40,596 bases of DNA. Source: Trichomonas gallinae (Eukaryota). A program made the position numbers and the translations under genes. The DNA is taken from contig MRSU01001919.1 of assembly GCA_008369845.1 (NCBI GenBank), positions 1-40,596 of the forward strand. Direction: 5' to 3'. The notes under the pieces were generated by a model, which saw only the letters and a program-made list of their open reading frames with translations, was not told where the DNA came from and did no database searches. This document shows, one piece after another, positions 14,109-25,780 of the stretch. Numbering within the stretch: position 1 is the stretch's first letter; each line of letters opens with the position of its first letter.

Positions 14109-14567
14109 TTAAATATCAGTATCAAACAAGTTTTCGTCCATGGCAAAGTTAGTAAGAGCAAACAAATTCAATATATTCTCTTCCACAGCCGACTGGGCCA
14201 TGTAATTTGAAAATTTCGTTGGCTGAGATAAATCAAGGTCCAGGGACTCTGAATTGGATTCTATAGTCCTCTTTTTCTGTCTCAGGCGGAATCTGTTGCG
14301 TATGCCATTCGCGGATCTATTCTTGAAGAAAGAAGCGATTTTCTTCCATTTTGGGCCAAACTTATCATAAAGTTTGTCAAGTTTTTCGTCATCTTCCTCT
14401 GTCCATGGTGTCGTCGATATATCAGGCGAAATATAATTGTACCACCTGTCTCTGCACTGCCTCGGAGATCTGTTTCTCATCTCCGAAGCTATGGCTTCCC
14501 AATCCCTTGTTCCTAGCAATATAATGAGCTTCATTAGTTTTTCATCTTCTTCTGGTGTGAATCTCAT
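14109..14567 (-). CDS. Minimal R2R3 Myb-like protein (152 aa)
   Basis: FTPEEDEKLMKL..WEAIASEMRNRSPRQCRDRWYNYISP and WTEEDDEKLDKLYDKFGPKWKKIASFFKNRSANGIRNRF. Confidence 0.94.
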   Translation of the reverse strand: MRFTPEEDEKLMKLIILLGTRDWEAIASEMRNRSPRQCRDRWYNYISPDISTTPWTEEDDEKLDKLYDKFGPKWKKIASFFKNRSANGIRNRFRLRQKKRTIESNSESLDLDLSQPTKFSNYMAQSAVEENILNLFALTNFAMDENLFDTDI

Positions 14568-17500
14568 CTTCTTCTGGTAATGTTAAAAGTGTTTTGATAA
14601 ATATAGATATTTTCAATAGAAAACCGAACATTATAATATCCTAAATCCATGGATCATTCTATATATATATTAAATCATGTGTGTTCAAATTAATTCAATA
14701 GTATTTTTGAATGCAGATATTGTAAAAAAATTGTGTGCAATATTTAAAAGTTAATAACGTTATTGTCCAATATATTTAATAGTATAACACTCCCTATATT
14801 ATTATGCAAGTGAAAATAAAACCTGAAGATTACCTATCAGAAAATGTTTTTTACATAACGTACTTCTACTGAACTGGCGCAATATCATCATATTATTTGT
14901 TGTCTAGCAATATTCTATCGATGGGGTGAAATAGACGAAAGTGATAGTTGGTATATTTTTGTGTTCTAATTAAAACTATTGAAGATTCATGATTTTATAA
15001 ATTGAATGTTTAGAAAACGAAAATGATTTTTTCATATCAACACAATTTTTTGTCAATGGATGATCCGTGCTCTGTGGCCATATCTGATCACATATCATCG
15101 AAATCTTTGCTATTTTTTCTAAAGAAATTTTGTTCAACACAATTTTTGAAAATCTATCGTCATTACATTCTCATCAAAACTGTGTTAGAAATTAGCGGCT
15201 GCCTCTCCTGGTCCTTCTATTCGTTAGATAATGTCAGAAACTTCTTCTCATTTTGAATTTCTGAACCTTTTTACATTTTATTTTCTTTCTAAAACCTATA
15301 CTACTTGTTAGTAATGATTTCACGTCCAGTATAATTTTTTAACACTGTTTTATATATTGCTATAAGGGCTCTCAAAACTGTCAATCAACGCTTTTGATTG
15401 TATATCATTGTTGCCTATCCTCCATCACTGGCTATATTTAATTAAACATGTTGATTTGTATCTGAATTGAGAAAATATTAAAATTATTTTTTTACCCGCT
15501 CACCAAGTCAACTTTTACAATTGAACTGCTTTGCACTAAACTCAAACAAGATAAACTATCATACTAATGTAATTGAAAGCCAAATGGGTTCCAACTTTCT
15601 TCAGTTTCAGAACTCAAACTGCTCATCGTTGCATACAAAAGAATCATATATATGGGCAATCATTTTATTGTGTCTAAAATATTTCGCTTATTTATTTCTA
15701 AATTGTGAATGAAAGTAGCCATAATTAAATAATAAAAAAGATAAAATCCTCCATAATAGACATAATATGATAAGAAATTCCAATTAATCATAAAATGTGA
15801 AGGTGATGAGATCAGATATAAAATTTCGTAGAGAAAGAAGGGTGAAATATGCGATTAGTGATGATGTGGATTCTAATTCTATTGGTATTGTTCGGCAATT
15901 AAGAAGAGCAAATTTCATAATTTTCAAAATAGTGTTAATATCATTATAAGCTAAGCATATCACTCATCAACTGACATATATATAAATACATATTTCATTT
16001 CTGCTATTTAATTTTATAGAATCAATTCTCATAAATTTATATATGTGTTTTTTGTGTTTGGAATCATTCCCATATGAGATACTATATATTAGCATAGTTA
16101 AAATCAAAAAATAATGATCTTTATTTTATAATCTAAATAAATTAATCAATTATGGATATGTAATCATAAAAATAAATGCATTTGATACATTATTGACTAT
16201 ATAATGTATTGCTGCATTACAAGCAGTAATTTATTTTAGACATGTTGAAGCAGAAAGTGATTTTTTGATGCGAGAAATGCAATTTTTCTCGTGCGAAGAT
16301 CGAAGATTTTATGATGATATTTTTTTCAGTTAAACTGTTGATTCATGGTAATTTTGTGCCATTCTATCATTGTGAGCATGAAAAATTATGAATTTTCATT
16401 CATAAAAATTCGGAAATTTAAATAAAACAAATGATTAATGATGGCAGGAGGAAATTACTTGGATAAATATCTGTCAATATATGTGAGAATGCAATAATGA
16501 GACAAAGAATGAATTCTGCCTTAAAATAAAAGATGCTGAATACAAATATTCTAATTTATCGTTTTTTAACGATTTTTATGTAGTAATATGGCATATAAGG
16601 TTGTTTTATAAACAAATATTGTAATCTGAAATAAAGAATGGCAATTTCGCATAAAAACGAGCTTGTCACCTTTGAGGGATATATTACATAGACTGCTCGT
16701 AGGAAAACAATGTGAGAACTATAGACTGGTAGTTCATTGGTTGTAGTATTACAAGAATATCATAAAAAATCAAAAGAATTCTCTAATTTACGATGTAAAA
16801 TTTAATAATTTGGATGATTTCCTATGTTTCTGACTTCTATCATACATTATCACAACAAATTTCTGTATAATAGCGTCGATCAAACTTCAAATTGTCTTCT
16901 AACTTGCCAAAAATTTGATTCTTTTGGTGAATTTGTGCATATAAAAGTTGTCTAATCATGTTTGTCAACATGATTTTAAATAAGGGTGAGATACGCGCGT
17001 TGCAACAAAAATTTGTTATCATCCTGACAACTTTAAGACGAATTTCTATTACCATAGGATCTATATAACAAAAATACAATAATTATAGTGATAATCAAAT
17101 CAGAATCAGAAAATTGTAGTTCACAAAAAATGATTGGATCAAAAATGTTGCTCTGTGTGTTATTTAAATATATGTACCAAAAACATTTTTGATAAAATTT
17201 TTATCACCTCACATCGTTAATAAAAAAATCTATTGCTACAATATCTACAACATAAGAATTTATCTGAAAAAAAAATTGATTGTTAAAAACATTTCTCAAA
17301 AATCACGCCCATTTTGCATAAGTCAACAGGAGAAACAAAATGCAAATGCACAATTTATCATTAATAAGCATTAATTTTCAAAAGAACATTTACAAATTTC
17401 GTCACTTTTTTATGTCCAACTATAATTATACTCTGAAATATATGGCTATTAATAATTTGATGTTTTTGCTCGCACAGATGGTTTATCACGAAAATGATTA

Positions 17501-17869
17501 TCGTATGAAATCGATTGCGCACAAGTAGTGTACGAAGAAGCAAAATAGCGCGTAGATAATTATCAAATTTTTGAGAAACTCACAATCACTGTCAATTCGT
17601 CTTTTCTGAATTTTACCCTTCTCAAATTTTTTACATTTTTATTGTCTTTTTGTATATTATCTAATTGTGTATTAATTTAGGTTATTCAGTAATTGAAATT
17701 CTCTTTCAAATTCTTTTTTCAATGCAAAAGGTCTGTACCTGCGAATAAATCGAAAATCTCCTATTGTAGGTCTATAACATTATTTTGGTGTTTTTAACAG
17801 TAAATAATATTCACAAATTACCAAAAAAAAATTATTTTTTTAATAATTACCTTGTCAGACAATCCAGAG

Positions 17870-18301
17870 ATGCTACACGAAGATGTTGTAAATGATCTTC
17901 TCGAATCAAGAAAATTTGGAAAGTACACATATAGCTCGATTAAGAACGAAAAAGATCACATAGCTATAATGAATCGAATTCAACGAAATGGAGTTAAGCT
18001 CGATTTAGTCACAGAAATCCTGGAAAATGTATATGGAGGCAGGTTTAAAGTAGACGAATTACTTAAGTTTGCTAGACAGCTGGCCAAGAAAATTAATACT
18101 AGAGTTGATCGCCTTGCTAACAGAAACCGAAGTGCTCTTCTTTGCTGGTTTGCAGAAAACTGGGATGATGTTTACCCATTCTTACATGACTTTATTACTG
18201 ATAAATATCTTTTCTCAGATGAAGCTCTTCCAGTAGAAAAGAGCTCAACAGATGAAAATGTAGACCCCTCTGATATATCTCAACTCCTCAACCATCATTA
18301 G
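17870..18301 (+). CDS. Uncharacterised small protein, DRLA-RNR-CWF-ENW family, paralogue 2 (143 aa from ATG)
   Basis: RVDRLANRNRSALLCWFAENWD; ends VDPSDISQLLNHH. The ORF track starts at TTG 17852; the first ATG at 17870 aligns with the paralogue 3 start (MLHEDVVNDLL vs MLEQKLVKDLV). Confidence 0.88.
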   Translation: MLHEDVVNDLLESRKFGKYTYSSIKNEKDHIAIMNRIQRNGVKLDLVTEILENVYGGRFKVDELLKFARQLAKKINTRVDRLANRNRSALLCWFAENWDDVYPFLHDFITDKYLFSDEALPVEKSSTDENVDPSDISQLLNHH

Positions 18302-19492
18302 CGTTTGTTATTTTTTGTTGTTTGAATATATTAAACTTTCCTGTTGTTAGTTTTTATTCTAATTTTTTTGGATTAACCACACGGGGATATACTTCTAAAA
18401 TTACGTTTTAGTTTCAGGGATCAAAATAGTTTTCAGATTAATGTTGATTAAATGCTAATTTTCATCATTGTGGATAGGGCTTTAAGACTTAAAAGTAAAA
18501 ATTTGCTAACAATTTCAGAAAAGTAGGTCATTAAGGAAGAAATATTTTGAAATTTCCGATGTTTTCAAAAGCTAATGATAGTTCTACTATAAAATTCTTT
18601 GACATGAGATTAATATGTAGACAAAAATTCCCTTAAAAATCATTGAGTAAATTGTACAAATGAAAAAAATCTCTGATCCTCCTTAGAAAAAAATTTACAT
18701 TTGTACACATTGATGGTAGCTATGACTCGCTATAGAAACGTTATTAACAAAATCCAAATCACTGGGTACAGAAACGAAAAACAAGTCCCAAATTTCAATT
18801 AAACTTTAAACAATATTATAAGTTATTCGAACGGATAAATAAACAATGCAAATTCGTTATTTTCAATTCAATTTTCGAACATTCAAAATATGACTTAATA
18901 TATGTGTTACAATGATACGATTTTTGAGATTATATTCAATATGATTTTTTTCTATACTGCGGGTGTAACAAAAATTGTTTGATAAAATTTAAAATTTTTT
19001 TGCTTATATTGGAGTACTATATTTTAAATCTTGTTTCTAGTCGATTTTAATCAATGCGTGTTCTCACTATTTTTTATCAAATTTAATATACATATACTAT
19101 GTGGTTTTTTCTTGCATAGTCCAAACTAAATAAACTTCAGAATATGTCAGAAAAATGAATTGAGGCTGATATTTTTACATTGTGTGAATTCAATTTCCAG
19201 ACCGGGCATATATGTGTTTTGTGCTTAATAGAGTGTTTTTACGTAAAATTGGGAACAGGATAATTGAAATTCAATTCTAAAAATTGATAAGATTTTTTTA
19301 TTCTCAAATTTCATCCAATCGTGAAAAACAACCTCCTATAGTTGTAGGCCAATATCATAACGGGTTCGATTTTTCAAAAAGAAAATATTTTTTTGTTTAT
19401 TTTTGCTCTATTTCCTTATGTATATAATATTACAATATCCGGCAGTTTTATAATCTTTTCAATTAATATTCAATTCACATTTATTTTTTTGC

Positions 19493-19933
19493 ATGCTTGA
19501 ACAAAAATTGGTAAAGGATCTGGTTACAACCCGTAAGATGAGGAAGTTCAGTAGCGCCTCTATTGCGTCACAGAATGATCATCACCAGATTATGATGAGA
19601 ATCGAAAAGAACGGCATCAAAATTGACCTCATATCAGAGATATTAGAGAACATTTATGGTGGGAAATTCAAAGCAGAAGAACTCCTGAAGTTTGCTAGGA
19701 AAATAGGGAAGGAAATCAGTGTGAGAGTTGATCGATTGGCAAACAGGAATAAAACTGCCTTACTTTGCTGGTTCTCAGAGAATTGGGATAAAATATACCC
19801 AATACTCCATCGGTTGATGCAAAATGGCAAAGCAAAAGAATTATGCAGTTCCAAATTCTCCTTTGAATTCGACGTCCCAGCAATCCAAACTGTTGATCCA
19901 TCTGACCTGACCCAATTGCTCAATTATCATTGA
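19493..19933 (+). CDS. Uncharacterised small protein, DRLA-RNR-CWF-ENW family, paralogue 3 (146 aa)
   Basis: RVDRLANRNKTALLCWFSENWD; ends VDPSDLTQLLNYH; colinear with the 17870 ORF; Inr-like TCACA at 19475-19479. Confidence 0.9.
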   Translation: MLEQKLVKDLVTTRKMRKFSSASIASQNDHHQIMMRIEKNGIKIDLISEILENIYGGKFKAEELLKFARKIGKEISVRVDRLANRNKTALLCWFSENWDKIYPILHRLMQNGKAKELCSSKFSFEFDVPAIQTVDPSDLTQLLNYH

Positions 19934-20710
19934 TCAAGTTTTATTAGACTATGAAAATTTTTCGTTGTTATAATAAAATGCGTCTAAATTGTACTGTTTG
20001 CTAATATTTTGCTTATTTACCTTTACTCTTTTATATTACTTTTTCCTTTTTATATTATTACATTGAACAGATTAATTTCAATTGCGAATATATGCATAGC
20101 CACTCAACGGACCTATATTTCTATGCTGTTGACAAAATATAGTATACTCGACTTGGAGAATTAAAAATATATGTCATAATAAACGTTTAAATTGCAACTA
20201 TGTCGTGTACATCGTCGATACTCATTTCACATCTAGCATATCACTCTGTAATAGATAAAGGACTGAAAAGTGATATTTATGAGCCTTAAAAGATGTTATT
20301 AAATTCAGAATATATTTGTTTATGCTGGACCGCGCGACTTTTCCGGTGTTTTTGGAATATTTATAGCCAGTATCCATATTTTCATGGTACAGTTTCGCAT
20401 TATTGTTGACTTTTTTCGGATATCTTTGGTTATACTTTCTTTTCATCGTTTATCAATGTAGAATAGCATTAACATTTCCATAATAGTTATAGTTCAATCA
20501 TATAGAGTCCAAAACAAAATTACATATTTTTAAAAAAAAATCATTCATAAATATCCATAAACAACAAAAATTTATCATGAAATCGATATAACACATTTGA
20601 AATCTATCAATTAAATCATACTTTATTCATTATAAAATTTGAAATTTAATTAGCAAAAAAATCGGTGAAATATTAGTAAAATAACATTTTTTAAACAAAA
20701 AATAGACAAA

Positions 20711-23700
20711 TTATTGTTCAACGAGATAAGTAAACATTTTGTTTCCTCCTTTGATTTCAACTAGATCTCTTTTTTTGTTATTGAACTGAGATCCGTAGAT
20801 TAACTCGTAGATTGGCCTAGAAACATGGACATTCATTGGCAAGCCGTGAGACTCCATCTCGTGTGCAATGTTTATTGTTGGTCCTAATATTTCGAATGTT
20901 GGTTTTTCTGTTCCTATGACACCAGCAACAATTTGTCCTCCTGTGTTTATTCCAACTCTTATTCTCAAGCTCTCGTTTTCTCTTTCGTCGATTTCCATCA
21001 GTTTCTTGATGACCAAGCAGCCGAAGTCGACGACTTCTTTCGCATGAACTTGTGGCTGGTTGACTTCATCGAAAATTTCGCTTGCTGCCATGTAACAGTC
21101 ACCGATGCATTTGATTTTCGTCATTTGTTTGATGCAAATTTGTTATCGCATCGAATTCTATGAACATGATGTTTAGTATTTTCATGACGTATTGTGCATC
21201 ATGTGAACCACACCATGGAGTGAATGATACAGCATCCAGGAACAAAACTGCTGCATATTGGACTGAGAAGGAAATGTTTTTCTCGCCAGCTTGAACTCTA
21301 GGAACTAAAGATGCAGGAAGAATAGAAGCAAGCTTTGTGTCACCCTTCTTTCTCTCTTCTTGGATGAGAATCTCATGCAAATAGTTCTGTGTCATGTCTC
21401 TGATCGAGAAGATTCTTTTGTCGCTGACTAATGAAGAAATGACTTCAATGAAAATTGTGTCGCCGTCTTTTTCGAACGTTATGTTTGTTGGCTTCGTGAA
21501 AACATTGTGGATGTTGTCCTTGGAGTTGATTCTATCACTAATGAAGAAATCTTTGATGTTTGCTCCTAGAATTTGCTCTTTTGTAACAGAAAACATTTCT
21601 CCTGTTTCTTCATTGGTAACTACAATTGCGTCATTCAGTTTATTGAAGACATCATTTGAGAATCCAATGTGTTTGGCTGACAAATCGTCGAAATTTGAAT
21701 GATACCCATCGATCAACATATCCATGATTCGCTGAATTGGAAGCAATGACTTTTCCTGGACATTTCATGAATAGTCTCAATGAGAAGTGGAATAAGTCGT
21801 CTTCATTGTTGACTTTGACTAAAGTGAAGTTAGTGAATAAGATTGGCAAAATTATTCCGAAAACTGCTGCGATTTTCTGCACTTTTCTTTTTTCAGAAAC
21901 AGCTTCAAGAATCATAAGAATAAAAGATTTATCTGCCGGATTAAAGAAAGCCGCATAAAGCTCGATTGGTCCAATCTGCCACAGATTTGTAAAGTCTTGT
22001 TCTGTTGGATCATGAAAATGCGGCGAATTCTCGTCTGTCATGTGCGGGTAGTATCTCTTCGTCATAGCAATTGTAGCAGCAAGCTGTTGATCTGACACGA
22101 AGCAGTGAACACTTTGAAGCAAATTTAATGGAGGCTCTAAGATGTTTGTGCAAACTAAATCATCTGATGCTTGATCAATAATTGTTGTCAAATGAGCGAA
22201 AGGAACTTCCCTTGAGTCTTCTTCCATTCTTATGAAATATGAAATAGTCATAGGAAGCATCTTCTGTATGTTAGACAATTGGGGGAAAAAACTCAACATT
22301 GAATTTCATTAAAGCAATTTTCAACAAGCTCGAAATCGCATTATACATGCAGTGGACTGTTCCAAATAAGTAGTTAATGTGGTGGCAGTTGTATAATAAG
22401 TTGTTTGAAGCTGTAATAAAGCAATACATTGATAAGAAACAACAAACGGATCCTAAAATAATTATCGCGAAAACAGCGAATAAATTCGATTTGTCGTTTG
22501 ACATGTCAGTTGATACATCGGAAACTGTCGAGAACATTTTGATGATACCTAATTCTTGTCTGTCTATTTCATTGTCATTAGATTCTGTTGTTGACTGCCC
22601 ATTCTCATTCTTGCGCTGATTAAGTGAAGCTGAGATTTGCGAGATGATTGTTTTAGGAATTGTTATGAAAACATTGATGATTTCGTGTCTGTCGTGGTTT
22701 AATAAATGAACTTGGAGCCAGTATATGAAGAAGAAGACGATAAGAATCAAGAAAATGTGGAAACAAAAGATCGAAACAAAGATTTTCTGAAAATTTGAGT
22801 TTGTTTCTAGTAAATATTCGATCATGATTTTTAATGATTCTGTTGCTCTGTCTGCTGCATCCAAATTGTTGTTTCTGCATGTCAAAGAATCCATTTCGCT
22901 TTTATGGTTATTTCATCTTCATCCATTAACCTCGCCACGTGATTTGCAATCATGTAAGCTATGTCTGAGTATGTTGCTGCATCTTCTTTGTAAAATGAAG
23001 AGTTAAAATACAACTTGAAATATATGTCAGAGGTATATAATTTATTTCTGACTTGATCAATATAAGATTTTCGGGTTTTGTATGCAACAACTGTTGACAT
23101 TTTCTCACATAATGAAGCTACTTGTGATGCTAAGTATCTAATGATTGTGTCTATATCTGTGTATCCATCCAAAGCAGTCATATCGAAGTTCTCAATCAAA
23201 ATCATTGGCTTGGTGAGTTTTTGTGATGGATCGGTTAATGTTTCGAGTAAATATCTCGACAGTGAAGCATTCATCATCGTAATAATGTTCCTTGTTATAT
23301 CTATGCCCTCCATGAAAATTAGTGGCATCTCGCTTTCCAAAGTGAAGTACTTATAAAAGATAATCATCGCGACAAATGGACAGAAGATCAATAAAAAGTA
23401 TGAAAGCAAAACAGATACTTTCATGAAAACAATCGAAGGAACTTTGTGTCTCTTGATTAAGTTATAGATTGCATCTATTGACTCGTTATTTACCTGCTGC
23501 TCTTCTTCAATTATAGCTTCGTCTTGTAAGTTCATGTCCATCTCTGAGTCGATTGTTGACAGTTTTTGTTGGTCGTCTTGACATGTTTCAGGCAGATTCT
23601 TGAAAACACCCAGACCCATAGTTAACACCATATCTTCCCTAGCCTTTCCTCCTCGTTGTAATATCTTAATAGATTCAGCAGCTTCATTGGCAAGCTCTGG

Positions 23701-24766
23701 GTTGCAGATAATGTTGGAGTAATACAGAACTTGCTGTTGGGCAGCAAATCTGTTGTTTGGGTACTGCATCATCAAATAATTCATGGCTCGCTCACAAATT
23801 TCAACTCTTTCTCTGGCTTTTATTATAGCTGCAATACTTTCAACAGTGTTGCCTTGTAGTAAAAGATTCCATATATTTCTGAGTCTTTGCTTTCCTTGAT
23901 GTTTTGGTGAACTTGGAAATTTCCGATTTTAGTCCAGCAGTGAATGATGATTCTCTAGTTTTGATGATGTAAGAAGCGTTATTAAGCAAAATGCTGGCTA
24001 ATCCTGATTTACTTGCCAATACTGTGATGTTGTTCATGATAAAGGTCAATATAGGAGTGGAATCTGCATAAATTGAGGCGTTTTTGCATAAAATGTCCAA
24101 ACATCAAGGCAATCCTTCCATTGTTCAGTGGCCAACCTGAATATTTTGAATGTTACATACAGGATGTGCGTATTTGAAGCCTGTTGTCAATACTTGTTTG
24201 AATTTATTTTTTCCTTTTAGGATCATGATGCCTTCTGTTTCTTCTAGTGCATCCAATAGAGCTAATTCTCTTTTCTCTTTGAATCTTAAGTATATTGCTG
24301 TCAAAATGAAGATAATACAAGCGACAACCAAAAATCCAACGAAGAAATATGGTCCCCATGGATGTGGAGCAAAGTCAATGTATAAGTTTGCTGCACAGAG
24401 TGCTAATCCTAGAATAGAGCCTCCTAAAACGAGAACTTGGTGAATATAATCTAAATATGTCCCACTGTTGAAGCAGGTCGTTGCACTGTAGATGTAAAAC
24501 AATATACAGATGCCAATCATCACAGCTGAAGCTGTTGCATCGAAATATGTCGTCATTGCATATAAAAGATTAACAATAGTCGTAGTTAAGAGTAATGTGT
24601 TCTGTGGGCTTCCATCTAAAATAAGTGTCGATGCCTTTGGTACTTTACCAGTTCTCTTATACGCGCTGTATAGATCAAATACGCTGTGAAAAATAATAAA
24701 ATGAAACTCGTGTTTATAGCGATACTGTGCAGGTACTATGTGAAACAGAATTGTTATTATGCTCAT
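20711..24766 (-). pseudogene. Transmembrane adenylyl/guanylyl cyclase (class III) pseudogene in at least 7 fragments
   Basis: Consecutive minus-strand ORFs 24125-24766, 23840-24100, 22882-23784, 22271-22894, 21652-22299, 21099-21746 and 20711-21124 give multi-TM segments, a PAS-like segment and a cyclase domain (LASILP, VLFLDAVSFTPWC, KIKCIGDCYMAA, RVGINTGG.IVAGVIG, TFEILGPTINIA). A frame break lies inside the catalytic domain near 21100-21140. Confidence 0.88.
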
Positions 24767-24975
24767 TACGTTGTAAAATTCAAATAATTATTGTAAATTC
24801 ATGTTAGAATAATAACCAACAGAATATAGTCTCAAGAAAAGATAAGAAAAATAATTACTAAACTATTGAAAGTGTTTTTAATAAAGATTTTCCAAATTTT
24901 TTATTATCATAACACTTTAAAGGTATGATTTTACATGTTCTTTGGGTTTAAAATCAGTCTACAACTTTTTTTTTC

Positions 24976-25218
24976 AAAATATTGAATTCAATGAGTAATA
25001 AGTCATAAATTAATTTCTTTAGGGCCAGCTTTTACGATATATTACTTTATTTCGCAATATTTGTCACTTTTACGAAATATTTTTTATTGTTTTGAAAATA
25101 TTGAATTCAATTAGTAACAAGGTTAAAGGAATCTTCCTCAGAGGCTGGTTTTATTATAAATACCTTTATTTGTGGATATTCGTCACTTTTACGAAATCTG
25201 TATTTATTGTTTTGAAAA
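24976..25218. repeat. Diverged tandem duplication of a ~119-120 bp unit (2 copies)
   Basis: AAAATATTGAATTCAAT at 24976 and 25095; GTCACTTTTACGAAAT at 25063 and 25182; each copy ends TTTATTGTTTTGAAAA. Confidence 0.85.
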
Positions 25219-25780
25219 ATGATTTGTGTATGTGCAAAGAATGTTAAACCTTAAACTGTTACAACCGCATATGTTCGTATATTTCATGTTCTGAGGCAAG
25301 TTTCGTGCCTAAATGTTGAATTTGTAAAGAATTTGGATTTATTCGATATTTAGACTAATATAGAGATGTTTTTCGGTTAGATTTGATATTTTATGCAATA
25401 ACTTTAGACAAAACTACGTTTTCAGATTGAATCAAAAAATTGCTTCTGAATATCTCTAATTTAGAATTTACCATGGATTTACTCAGCTCATGAAGAATTG
25501 AGTTATCAAGGTGGATTGCGCTTTCAGAAAGATATTTTCAAAATTGCTATGATATCAATTATTCGTGAAATGCCTGTTATTTCTGATCTATACAACAACT
25601 ATGGAAGCTATTTATACTGATTTTTGATCGTTTTATTTCACAGGCATCAGTTCAAATTCATGAAAAGTGATGATCAGCCATTTTCGGTAAAGAAATGTGA
25701 CATACACAAGATAATTAAGACGTATGAAACGAAGACAGGGCCTCAATGTCAATATGACGAAGAAAGATATGATCAAACTT
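25219..25780 (+). pseudogene. Possible heavily decayed gene relic
   Basis: ATG at 25219 lies ~35 nt after TCACTTTT; read-through gives TVTTAYVRIF..LPWIYSAHEELSYQGGLRF with many stops, and SDDQ in another frame. Weak by-eye resemblance to HtrL/YibB-like proteins. Confidence 0.2.

Noticed and set aside
2157..20446. Short 60-80 aa ORFs in the spacers (2157, 4096, 6840, 10889, 11263, 11933, 12391, 13370, 15023, 15521, 16840, 17189-17543, 20222)
   Set aside because: F/I/L/K/N/Y-rich translations typical of AT-rich non-coding DNA, often with non-ATG starts and no motifs.
20711..24766. Cyclase fragments as separate genes, introns or programmed frameshifts
   Set aside because: The fragments are colinear parts of one architecture; I saw no trichomonad intron signature or consistent slippery site at the breaks.
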